Positions 7,921-16,087 of a stretch of 48,339 nt of DNA are shown one piece after another (within the stretch, counting starts at the first letter, position 1; each line of letters starts with the position of its first letter). Source of the DNA: a virus (lineage: Duplodnaviria; Caudoviricetes); the IMG/VR virus record IMGVR_UViG_3300034008_000044, positions 1-48,339 of that record. One strand, given 5' to 3'. Position numbers and translations under genes: made by a program. A model generated the notes under the pieces. That model was given only the letters and a program-made list of their open reading frames with translations, did no database searches and was not told the origin of the DNA.

Positions 7921-8378
7921 CACTAGATATCACCCAGCTCATCAGGGAAAGCAACCTCATCGAGGGCTATGATGACCCAGCGTTCGACGCCCAGGGGATG
8001 ACAGCCTGGAAGTACCTGGCTAAAGTGGACCGCCTGGATCATGGTCACGTCATGAAAGTCCAGAAGATCCTGACACTCAAACAGACGGATCTGCAACCGG
8101 ACTGGCGTGGATACTATCGCAAGATCGACGTATGGGTTGGCGGTCGCAAGGGCGCTCATCCGGATGCGGTGCCGGCACTGATGGCAGACTGGATCTATCT
8201 GATCCCGGAGCGTGAGCCAGTGCCGCATCATATCGAGTTCGAGAAGATCCACCCGTTCGTGGATGGCAACGGCCGGACCGGGCGGATGCTGATGTGGTGG
8301 ATGCAGGCTCAGAGGGGCGAACCATACAGCCAGCTGACCGCTGCGGATCGACAATCATACTATGCCTGGTTCAGATGA
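7917..8378 (+). CDS. Fic-domain protein (putative AMP transferase)
   Basis: Canonical motif HPFVDGNGRTGR. Confidence 0.92.
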   Translation: MTLDITQLIRESNLIEGYDDPAFDAQGMTAWKYLAKVDRLDHGHVMKVQKILTLKQTDLQPDWRGYYRKIDVWVGGRKGAHPDAVPALMADWIYLIPEREPVPHHIEFEKIHPFVDGNGRTGRMLMWWMQAQRGEPYSQLTAADRQSYYAWFR

Positions 8379-8449
8379 GATATATACTTTCTTGTACTTT
8401 TGTGACATAAGTCCTTGACTTTTCGAGCCTAATGGGTTACAATAGTGGG

Positions 8450-8578
8450 TGTAAGGTACAGAGTGAGCTTCGGCCCTCAGCCTTACTACAAGCGGAAGAA
8501 TAGCCAGCTACGGCAGCGTACTCCACTCCAATGAGCAATATCAGCCCCTCGGTACTACAGCCGGGGGGTTTTCCTTTT
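8450..8578 (+). ncRNA. Putative small RNA or attenuator leader
   Basis: Promoter TTGACT-N17-TACAAT (8415-8443). 5' hairpin GTAAGG..C(UUCG)G..CCTTAC. Terminator CCCCTCGG/CCGGGGGG-TTTTCCTTTT. Confidence 0.6.
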
Positions 8579-8588
8579 ATAGGATATA

Positions 8589-8765
8589 ATGGCGCTTATG
8601 GATACCGCCCTCCGCATCGCCATCTGCCTGCTGATCTTTGCGGCGGGTTTCACGCTAGGGCAGGGCCATGGACTGCTCGACTTCAATGGTGACGGCCAGG
8701 TCAGCCGCCAGGACCTAAAGGATGCGACGGATCGAGTGCTGCCATCCATGGAGCGTACTGATTGA
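8589..8765 (+). CDS. 58-aa membrane microprotein with an EF-hand-like loop
   Basis: AGGA RBS; TM segment then DFNGDGQVSRQD. Confidence 0.7.
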   Translation: MALMDTALRIAICLLIFAAGFTLGQGHGLLDFNGDGQVSRQDLKDATDRVLPSMERTD

Positions 8766-8790
8766 CATATCACGTCAGACGTGCTACATT
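8762..8790 (+). promoter_or_regulatory. Sigma70-type promoter with a palindromic operator in the spacer
   Basis: TTGACA-N17-TACATT; the spacer holds CACGTC-A-GACGTG. Confidence 0.7.
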
Positions 8791-8827
8791 GAAAGGGTCA
8801 AATCAAACATAAACAAAGGGATCTCAC

Positions 8828-9283
8828 ATGTCCACAAAAGAACTATCAATACCAACCATATCAGACCCAAGCATCGAGCCAGGGATGGCCGAGCTGACCA
8901 TGTACCCGGAATGGAACCACGGCCAGCCTTTCGTCATCCGAGGGAACGAAGAGTTCCTGACTGATGAAGCCCGTCGGCTCCAGGCTGAGGATGATGCCAA
9001 TGCTCGCCGTCAGCGCAGCCAGGTCGCTCGCCAGGCTGTCGCCGCTACCGTCGCCCCGGTCGAAAAACTGGCCCAGGTAGTCACTCCGCTGGCTGAGGGT
9101 GTCGCCACTGAGATCAAGGTCACGGCTTTCGACCTGCTCCATGGCACTCATCTGCGCAGGGAACTGCATCGTCAGCGCCGGGTCCGCCGCATCACCTCAT
9201 TCGCTGCAGGTATCGGCATCCTGGACGTCGAGCCATGCGCTAAGCATCGCAAGGCTATGGACCGGGCCGAGGGGCTGATGTAG
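8828..9283 (+). CDS. Hypothetical protein (monocistronic cassette)
   Basis: Own promoter, GGGATCTCAC-ATG and a downstream terminator. Confidence 0.75.
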   Translation: MSTKELSIPTISDPSIEPGMAELTMYPEWNHGQPFVIRGNEEFLTDEARRLQAEDDANARRQRSQVARQAVAATVAPVEKLAQVVTPLAEGVATEIKVTAFDLLHGTHLRRELHRQRRVRRITSFAAGIGILDVEPCAKHRKAMDRAEGLM

Positions 9284-9320
9284 TCCTGGATCCCAGCGTC
9301 ATGACTGACCGCTCATCATC

Positions 9321-9350
9321 AAAGGCCCAGCTCCGGGCCTTTTTTGTTTT
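9321..9350 (+). terminator. Rho-independent terminator
   Basis: AAAGGCCC-agctcc-GGGCCTTT-TTT. Confidence 0.8.
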
Positions 9351-9418
9351 CCACAAATCCACAGGGATGTCCACAGCTCGCCGTGGTCTTGTCATCCCGA
9401 TAGTGCTATACTTTCAAC

Positions 9419-9586
9419 TAAGCGGTTCTGGCAAAACTAGACACTTTGCGGCATCGCTTGACAATACATCAATAACGTCGAGAGGGGTTGTCGCAAGCCC
9501 ATCTGTTTGTTATGCTTAGGATAGTCTAGTTTTGCCGCTACCCATCCGATAGCATGAAGACCCCTCCGAGAGAAAGGGGTCTTTTT
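9419..9586 (+). ncRNA. Structured leader/sRNA upstream of the replication initiator
   Basis: Extended -10 TGcTATACT. 13-bp stem GGCAAAACTAGAC/GTCTAGTTTTGCC. Terminator AAGACCCCT/AGGGGTCTT-TTT. Confidence 0.6.
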
Positions 9587-9664
9587 ATGTCCGACAAATA
9601 CATCAAACCGCACTCAGTCCTATGGTGGACATGGCACTGGCTCCGCCGAGGGTTTGGCAAGTGA
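9587..9664 (+). CDS. 25-aa Trp-rich leader peptide coupled to rep
   Basis: MSDKYIKPHSVLWWTWHWLRRGFGK; its TGA overlaps the GTG of the next gene. Confidence 0.45.
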   Translation: MSDKYIKPHSVLWWTWHWLRRGFGK

Positions 9665-10560
9665 GCAAACAGCGGATGCTGACCACCGGGTTCTGGTCTG
9701 ATCCCTGGGTGGTGGATGAGCTGAACCCGCTCGACAGGTACCTATTCATATACCTACTGACGAACGAACACACCACCATCGGCGGCGTCTATGAGCTATC
9801 GATGCGGACCATGGCTAATGAAACCGGGATCGAAAAAGAGGAACTTTCACGGATGCTCAAACGCATGGAAACCCGTGTCATATACATGGATGGCTGGGTC
9901 GTTTTCCGCAAAGCCATCATGCATCAGAATATCGGATCGCCTAAAATCAAGGCAGCTGTTGCGCAAACGCTCAAATCATTGCCGAGGGCGCTGCTGGAAT
10001 ACGTCCAGGTGCCTGCTGACTTCGGTGAGCTGCTGCAGGCTGAGTATGGTATTGATACGGTATCCATATGGTATCCAGACGGTATGCATACGTTATCGCA
10101 TTCTAATACTAATCTTAATTCTAATTCTAATAGTAAAGGAGCTAAAGCTCCTGTTCTTGTCGACCAGGCGGCTCAGCCTAAAAGCAGGCCCCGCCCGGCC
10201 GTGAAAACATCACCAGCTCCGGCGCCTGCATCGACCAGCAAGACACTGACCTACAGGTCGCTGTTCACTGAGCTGGTCCAGGACCTCGGTTTTGATGTGA
10301 GCCGGATCCTGCTGACGAAAGAGCGGCAGTCAAAGCTCAAAGTCAGACTGTCGAGCTACAGCCCGGACCAGCTCCGGACTGCTGCCAAAAACCTGGGAGC
10401 TGACAGTCACATGCAGGGCGACAACAAAGAGGGCAAACGCTGGGGAACAATCGACTACCTGCTGCGGAATGACACCACCGTGGCGAAATACTTGGAAAAT
10501 GATGCAGCTCCGGCTGGCGTCGCAAACATAGGAGAAATTGATGAAAGCAAATATGTCTGA
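9661..10560 (+). CDS. Phage replication initiator (replisome organizer-like)
   Basis: RMLTTGFWSDPWV..LFIYLLTN..GVYEL wHTH N-terminus; C-terminal W-x-TIDYLLR; internal iterons. Confidence 0.8.
   Translation: MSKQRMLTTGFWSDPWVVDELNPLDRYLFIYLLTNEHTTIGGVYELSMRTMANETGIEKEELSRMLKRMETRVIYMDGWVVFRKAIMHQNIGSPKIKAAVAQTLKSLPRALLEYVQVPADFGELLQAEYGIDTVSIWYPDGMHTLSHSNTNLNSNSNSKGAKAPVLVDQAAQPKSRPRPAVKTSPAPAPASTSKTLTYRSLFTELVQDLGFDVSRILLTKERQSKLKVRLSSYSPDQLRTAAKNLGADSHMQGDNKEGKRWGTIDYLLRNDTTVAKYLENDAAPAGVANIGEIDESKYV
10043..10137. repeat. Putative replication origin: five 11-bp iterons and an AT-rich tract
   Basis: AGTATGGTATT/GATACGGTATC/CATATGGTATC/CAGACGGTATG/CATACGTTATC, then (TCTAAT)-like repeats. Confidence 0.7.
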
Positions 10561-10849
10561 ACCAGACCAGGCTGACGCCCAGGTCGCTGAGATCCCTGAC
10601 ACCAGGTATGCACCTGGACAGCCAGCTGAGTGGATCAAGGCCAAATACACCGGACTGCAGGCCAAGCATGTCCTGGCACTGGCGAACGAGGGGATCGGAT
10701 ACTACATACTAGAGCGGCCGGATCATGGTGATGCCTGGGTACTCTGCGCATTACTCCGGGCCAAAGTCGGACCGCTGCCGGATCACGTCCAGCCAGTCCA
10801 GGACTATCGGCTGATTGAAAAGCTGAACCGATGGCGAGGGGGTGAATGA
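10553..10849 (+). CDS. Hypothetical protein
   Basis: ORF overlapping the rep stop. Confidence 0.65.
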   Translation: MSEPDQADAQVAEIPDTRYAPGQPAEWIKAKYTGLQAKHVLALANEGIGYYILERPDHGDAWVLCALLRAKVGPLPDHVQPVQDYRLIEKLNRWRGGE

Positions 10850-11307
10850 TGGCTGACCATACTGAACTCAGTGACGATGACCTGACTGCGATGGCTGTCG
10901 GATGTCTGCAGACTGCTGACGATACTCCAAACCAGGACGCAATCGCATCCTACTCACTGCAGTCTATCGCCGCCAGCCTGATACTGCTCACCCGCTACAT
11001 GAAACCAGAAGATGTCATGGTCAGCACCAAACTACCGACACCTGCCGAGCTGGATCGCATGATGAAAGTCCGGGAGCAGGCCGAGATCATCAAGCCCCTG
11101 GTCCAGCCGCTCAGTGTCGAGCAGGCTGCTATCGAATCAGAAACCCGCCGCAGGGTAGAGCAGGAATATGCCAGGTTTTGGGTGCCAGCCCGTGAGCGCT
11201 ATGAGATCGATCTGGGTACCAAAGCCGAATGGATAGCCACCAAAGACGAGCTATATGATGACGTCCGCAAGGCTGTCATGGATGACATGGGAGTGCCATA
11301 TGCCTGA
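10846..11307 (+). CDS. Hypothetical protein
   Basis: ATGA-coupled ORF. Confidence 0.65.
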   Translation: MMADHTELSDDDLTAMAVGCLQTADDTPNQDAIASYSLQSIAASLILLTRYMKPEDVMVSTKLPTPAELDRMMKVREQAEIIKPLVQPLSVEQAAIESETRRRVEQEYARFWVPARERYEIDLGTKAEWIATKDELYDDVRKAVMDDMGVPYA

Positions 11308-11596
11308 CGAATTTGAGCCAAGAGAATATCAGCGGGAGTTCGTCGACGCCCTGCTCAGCTCGAAAATACAGCGCATCGAGCGACCCCGCCGCAGCTGGTT
11401 CTATGACCAGTATTACCAGAACTTCGAGCCACCAGTCAGACCCAAGCCGGACATCATCATAATCATGGATGAGTGGACTGACGTACCGGATGGCTGGGAT
11501 ATCGGCATCGACCTGGCTCATGGCAAGGACCGCAGCATCGAGCAGATCATCCTGGGTGATTGGACATTGGAAGAAAATGATACAAAGCATAAGTGA
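11300..11596 (+). CDS. 98-aa protein with terminase-like motif fragments
   Basis: FEPREYQREF, IIIIMDEW, IGIDLAHGKDRS. Confidence 0.6.
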   Translation: MPDEFEPREYQREFVDALLSSKIQRIERPRRSWFYDQYYQNFEPPVRPKPDIIIIMDEWTDVPDGWDIGIDLAHGKDRSIEQIILGDWTLEENDTKHK

Positions 11597-11636
11597 AATA
11601 GTTCACAGCGCAAAGCATAAGGAGCATACTACAATC

Positions 11637-11873
11637 ATGAGCGTGGACTTGTCGCCGCATATCAAAGATCTCATCACGGCATCCAGCACGATGCCGCAGA
11701 CGGATCGCCGCAAACGTATCACTGAACTACTGCAGAATGCGTACTTGCTGGAAACGTCTGAGGGCCTACAGCAGGCCCGTGAACACAAAACTGATGCAGA
11801 TCCCGTTCAGGCATCCAGGGCCATTAGACAGGCTCAGGATCAGCCATCAAATAACCGCAAAGGAGATTCATGA
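11637..11873 (+). CDS. Hypothetical protein
   Basis: AAGGAG RBS. Confidence 0.6.
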   Translation: MSVDLSPHIKDLITASSTMPQTDRRKRITELLQNAYLLETSEGLQQAREHKTDADPVQASRAIRQAQDQPSNNRKGDS

Positions 11874-11974
11874 AGCAGATTACTATCACGCCAGGCATGC
11901 CAGAAGATGCCAGGAACATCACCCCGCACCGGGTACAGCTCACACCAACAAACAGAATAATGATCGAGGAATAA
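11870..11974 (+). CDS. 34-aa hypothetical protein
   Basis: AAGGAG RBS and ATGA coupling; MKQITITPGMPEDAR... Confidence 0.5.
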   Translation: MKQITITPGMPEDARNITPHRVQLTPTNRIMIEE

Positions 11975-11979
11975 ATATC

Positions 11980-12189
11980 ATGGCAGGAACAAAAGAGGGT
12001 GGCACCGCCGCCGCAGCAACCAACAAAAAGAAATACGGTCCAGACTTCTATGCCCGCATCGGAGCCAAGGGTGGATCCAAGGGCCATACTGGTGGGTTTG
12101 CCGCTGGTAAAGAGGGCCGGGAACGTGCCAGGAAATACGGCGCTGTCGGCGGGCGACTGTCTAGGCGTGGACGCATGGCCGAGGTATGA
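11980..12189 (+). CDS. KGG-repeat (stress-induced-like) small basic protein
   Basis: MAGTKEGG..ATNKKKYGPDFYARIGAKGG..TGGFAA..GAVGGRLSRRG. Confidence 0.8.
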   Translation: MAGTKEGGTAAAATNKKKYGPDFYARIGAKGGSKGHTGGFAAGKEGRERARKYGAVGGRLSRRGRMAEV

Positions 12190-12240
12190 TTAGGTAGTGC
12201 AGCGCTAAACGCTCACACCCTCAACAATTAGGTCGCAGCA

Positions 12241-12264
12241 GGCACTCGGAAACGGGTGTCTTTT
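12241..12264 (+). terminator. Rho-independent terminator
   Basis: GGCACTCG-GAAA-CGGGTGTC-TTTT. Confidence 0.8.
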
Positions 12265-12395
12265 GCGTTGTCTATGTAGTCGCAGGCTGAGCATCCAGGC
12301 CCAGGACGGCCCGGCAGTAGTCACATGGTTCGATACAGATATCCATACCGGGCAGTATATGATGCTGCTGGACTATCGTGCTAGAGCTTGCTACC

Positions 12396-12938
12396 ATGAG
12401 CGAAATGGATACTGCGCAAAACTTCCGAGAAGAGATCAAGCAAATAGATACGGCAGTGCAGGCGGCGGCAGTGGATAATGTTGTAAAACCTGAGGACCCC
12501 CGCTGGCAGATCCTCATCGACTACCGGGCGCTGAGCGGGCTAGTCATCGACTATGATGAGCAGTCTGGCACCGACAAGATCCGGAAGATGAAACTGTCCG
12601 AGCTGGCTGAAAAGCTGAGCGTGGATCCCAGGACGCTGAACAACTGGATGCATCAGATCCCTGCATTTTGGGAGCGGGTCGCCAAGCGCCGGACTGAGAT
12701 CGGCAGCCAGTCCAGGCTCGCCATGATAGAGGAAAAATGGTTTCTCAAAGCCCTGGAAATGAAGAACTGGCAGATCACTGAAGCCTGGATGCGGCACTAC
12801 AAACCGGACTTCAAGGAGAGCAAGGTCAAAGCCGAGCTGGATGTCGGTGACAGCCTGGCCGAGCTGATGACTATCGCTGCAAAACGCCGCAGCGAAAACG
12901 TCCATGAGGGTGAGGTTGTCGATGCCAGCCAGTCTTGA
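12396..12938 (+). CDS. terS: Terminase small subunit (putative)
   Basis: HTH LSELAEKLSVDPRTLNNW; lies directly upstream of TerL. Confidence 0.65.
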   Translation: MSEMDTAQNFREEIKQIDTAVQAAAVDNVVKPEDPRWQILIDYRALSGLVIDYDEQSGTDKIRKMKLSELAEKLSVDPRTLNNWMHQIPAFWERVAKRRTEIGSQSRLAMIEEKWFLKALEMKNWQITEAWMRHYKPDFKESKVKAELDVGDSLAELMTIAAKRRSENVHEGEVVDASQS

Positions 12939-14583
12939 CGAAAAGCTGGACCAGCTTGAATACATAATTGATACATACAACCCAAAACCCGGCACCGGGC
13001 GGCGGCCTATCCCGGACATGTACATCAAGGACGTGCTGGGCTGCAATACTTGGAGCGTTCAGGATGACATAGTCCGGTCAGTTTTTGAGTACAAGCTGAC
13101 GGCCGTCAAAACCTGCAACGCTGTCGGCAAGTCATACATCGCCGCCCGCATCGTCATCGCCTACCTGATGCTGCATCGTGGATCCATCGTGGTCACTACC
13201 GCACCGACCTGGCGCCAGGTGACTGACGTCCTATGGCGTGAGATCGGCACCGCAGTCAAACAGGCCCGCTATAAGCTCACCAAAAAAGAAGCGAACCAGG
13301 CCGGGCTGAACCTGGACACTGACTGGTATGCAGTCGGCCTATCGACAAAGCGCCCGGAGAACTTTTTCGGATACCATGCCGACAACATCCTGGTGGTGGT
13401 GGATGAGGCGGGGGGCGTGGAAGAGCAGATCTTCAAGGGCGTCGCAGCCATCACGCCAAACGTCAATGCTCGCATACTCTATATCGGCAACCCGACCAAC
13501 CCGTCCGGCACCTTTTACGATGTCTTTACCAAGCCGGAGCTGGGCGCCAACTGTTTCACGGTGTCGGCCTTTATGACGCCAAACTTCACCGCCAACAACA
13601 TCCGGACAGTAGAGGATCTGCAGCGCCTATTCACCCCGCCAGAGGGCGTCAAGCAGGCGGACCACACCAACCGGGTCAACAAAAGCCTGAAGATGCCATA
13701 TCCCAATCTGATCGACCCGTCCAGGGTATATGAGCGCTTTCACGAATGGGGATCTGACAGCCCGGCATGGCAGGCCCTTATCATGGGCGAGTTCCCAAGC
13801 CAGTCTGCGCAGTCGCTCATACCGACCAACCTGGTGACCATGGCGATGAATATGTACGGTACTGATGACGAAACCAATCAGACATATGCCCAGCTGAGCG
13901 GCTGGGAGATCCCGGACGGTCCGCCTGAGTACGGCCAGGACATGGCCCGCTTTGGTGATGACCGCAACGTCTGCACCCCCCGCAGGGGCGGCTGGGTCGA
14001 GCAGCAGGTGGTATGGAATAAAAAGGGCGACGAAAAGCTGGACCTGATGGAGAGTGCTGACCGGATCCTGAGCATCATCGACCCGCTGGATCCAAACGTC
14101 CGGGTCAATATCGATGACACCGGGAACGGCGGCGGATGTACTGACCGCCTGGTCCAGATATCGAACGAAAGCATGCAGTCCGGAGCGCCCGCTCATCAGT
14201 ACACGCTGGCCCCGTATGTCTTCGGCGGCAAGCAGCAGATGTTCAACACCACAAAGTTCCATGACATCACATCAGAGATGTACTGGAATCTGCGCACCTG
14301 GTTCTACCGCAAGCAGATCGCCCTGCCATATGATAAAGAGCTGTTTGATGAGCTGGTCGGCCGCCGCTGGGGAATTTTACCCAATGGCAAGATAAAGGTG
14401 GAAAGCAAGGAAGAATACAAAAAACGGACGGGCGGAAAATCACCGGACAAGTCCGACAGCCTGGCCCTGGCTTTTGCTGGCGGCGTCCGCACTATCATGG
14501 ATCGCAACGATGCCGAGGTCGAACGCCAGGCGGCCCAGGTGACCACCCGGCCATACACCGCCGACCTGATGGATCGCTATTGA
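12922..14583 (+). CDS. terL: Terminase large subunit
   Basis: Walker A NAVGKS, Walker B VVVDEAG, IGNP coupling motif, nuclease GQDMARFGDD..SPDKSDSLAL. Confidence 0.93.
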   Translation: MPASLDEKLDQLEYIIDTYNPKPGTGRRPIPDMYIKDVLGCNTWSVQDDIVRSVFEYKLTAVKTCNAVGKSYIAARIVIAYLMLHRGSIVVTTAPTWRQVTDVLWREIGTAVKQARYKLTKKEANQAGLNLDTDWYAVGLSTKRPENFFGYHADNILVVVDEAGGVEEQIFKGVAAITPNVNARILYIGNPTNPSGTFYDVFTKPELGANCFTVSAFMTPNFTANNIRTVEDLQRLFTPPEGVKQADHTNRVNKSLKMPYPNLIDPSRVYERFHEWGSDSPAWQALIMGEFPSQSAQSLIPTNLVTMAMNMYGTDDETNQTYAQLSGWEIPDGPPEYGQDMARFGDDRNVCTPRRGGWVEQQVVWNKKGDEKLDLMESADRILSIIDPLDPNVRVNIDDTGNGGGCTDRLVQISNESMQSGAPAHQYTLAPYVFGGKQQMFNTTKFHDITSEMYWNLRTWFYRKQIALPYDKELFDELVGRRWGILPNGKIKVESKEEYKKRTGGKSPDKSDSLALAFAGGVRTIMDRNDAEVERQAAQVTTRPYTADLMDRY

Positions 14584-14640
14584 TGTTTGCATATTGCTAG
14601 AGCTTACGGCATACTACAATTAAAAGCATAAGACCTATCC

Positions 14641-16086
14641 ATGCCAGACACACCCATATTACGCAAACCAACCCGTGAAATCGGTGCATCCGGCACCATC
14701 ATCCAGAACGGCATAATCTCAGCTGAGGAATATAACCGAAAGCTGAGCGGACGCCAGGCGTTGCTGATGTATGACATCATGAGCCGCAGCGATGCCGATG
14801 TCCACGGGATCCTGGAAGTCTGCAAACTGCCAGTCCTGGCTGCATCCTGGGATGTCCAGCCTGCCAAGAACAAAGACGGACAGGTCGAGCCGAAAGACCA
14901 GGAAGCCGCCGACTTTATCAAACGGGAATTGTTCCACCGCAACATCGACTTTGATGACCTGCTATATCAGGCGCTCGACATGCTGGACTTCGGATATTCA
15001 GTGTTCGAAAAGGTCTATGAGCTGACAGAGTGGGATGGTCAGCCCCGCCTGGGCCTGTCTAAGCTGGCGTTCCGAAAGCAGACCACCGTGTACGCCTGGG
15101 AAATACCTGGCGGCGCTCCGGGCATCACTCAGCGCACCTATAACAAGACGTACTCCATACCGATGGAAAAGCTGATCGTGTTCACGAACAAAAAGCGTGG
15201 CGACAACTATGAGGGGATCAGCCTGCTGCGGTACGTTTTCAAGGATTGGGATATGAAAGACAAGCTCACCCTGGTCAACGCCCTGGCCCTGGAGAAGATG
15301 GCCGTCGGTGTACCAGTCATCAGTGAGCGTGAGGGCGCTACCGCCAACCAGAACGATATCGACAAGGCTGAGGAAGCCATGAAAGAGTTCCGGGCCAATG
15401 ACCGGGGATACATCAAAACGCCCAAGGGCGTCCTGGTCGAGATGATGGACATGAAGTCGAACACCACCAAGGACGTGCTGCCGACACTCCAGTATCACAA
15501 ACGGGCCATATTCAGCTCAGTCCTGGCGACGTTCCTGGACCTGGGTGGATCATCCGGATCCGGCAGCCAGTCACTATCTAATGACCTGACAAACCTATTC
15601 TTCAAGTCTGAGGAATACATCGCCAAAACACTGGCCCGTGTCATCAATCAGCAGCTTATCAAACAGATCTGCGACCTCAACTACAGCCCCGGCACTCTGC
15701 CCAATGGATACCCTGAGGTCAGTTATGGATCCGTCGCCGATGACGATATCAGCGACCTGGCAACTGCCATCAAAAACCTCATGGATGCAGGCGCCATCAC
15801 TGCGGACGCTCAGATGGAAGATGTCATCCGTACCAAGCTCGGCATGCCGCAGATGCCTGAGGATACCAAACGGGCCTATGCTGAAAACCAGAAGATGAAA
15901 CAGGACGCCGCAAAGCTCGCCCTGCAACCTGATGACGATGCGGATGATACCGACACTGATGTCGGCACCAAGAAAAAGCCAGCCCCCGCCGCTACCACTA
16001 AGCCAGACAAGACCAAGGCAGCCATCACTGCCAGCCAGGACGCTCAGCGCCGCATGATTGAGGTCATATTTGCAGATGAGGACTAA
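14641..16086 (+). CDS. Portal protein (Mu gp29/DUF935-like)
   Basis: Follows TerL; LDFGYSVFEKVY and YEGISLLR..EKMAVGVP patterns. Confidence 0.85.
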   Translation: MPDTPILRKPTREIGASGTIIQNGIISAEEYNRKLSGRQALLMYDIMSRSDADVHGILEVCKLPVLAASWDVQPAKNKDGQVEPKDQEAADFIKRELFHRNIDFDDLLYQALDMLDFGYSVFEKVYELTEWDGQPRLGLSKLAFRKQTTVYAWEIPGGAPGITQRTYNKTYSIPMEKLIVFTNKKRGDNYEGISLLRYVFKDWDMKDKLTLVNALALEKMAVGVPVISEREGATANQNDIDKAEEAMKEFRANDRGYIKTPKGVLVEMMDMKSNTTKDVLPTLQYHKRAIFSSVLATFLDLGGSSGSGSQSLSNDLTNLFFKSEEYIAKTLARVINQQLIKQICDLNYSPGTLPNGYPEVSYGSVADDDISDLATAIKNLMDAGAITADAQMEDVIRTKLGMPQMPEDTKRAYAENQKMKQDAAKLALQPDDDADDTDTDVGTKKKPAPAATTKPDKTKAAITASQDAQRRMIEVIFADED

Positions 16087-16087
16087 C

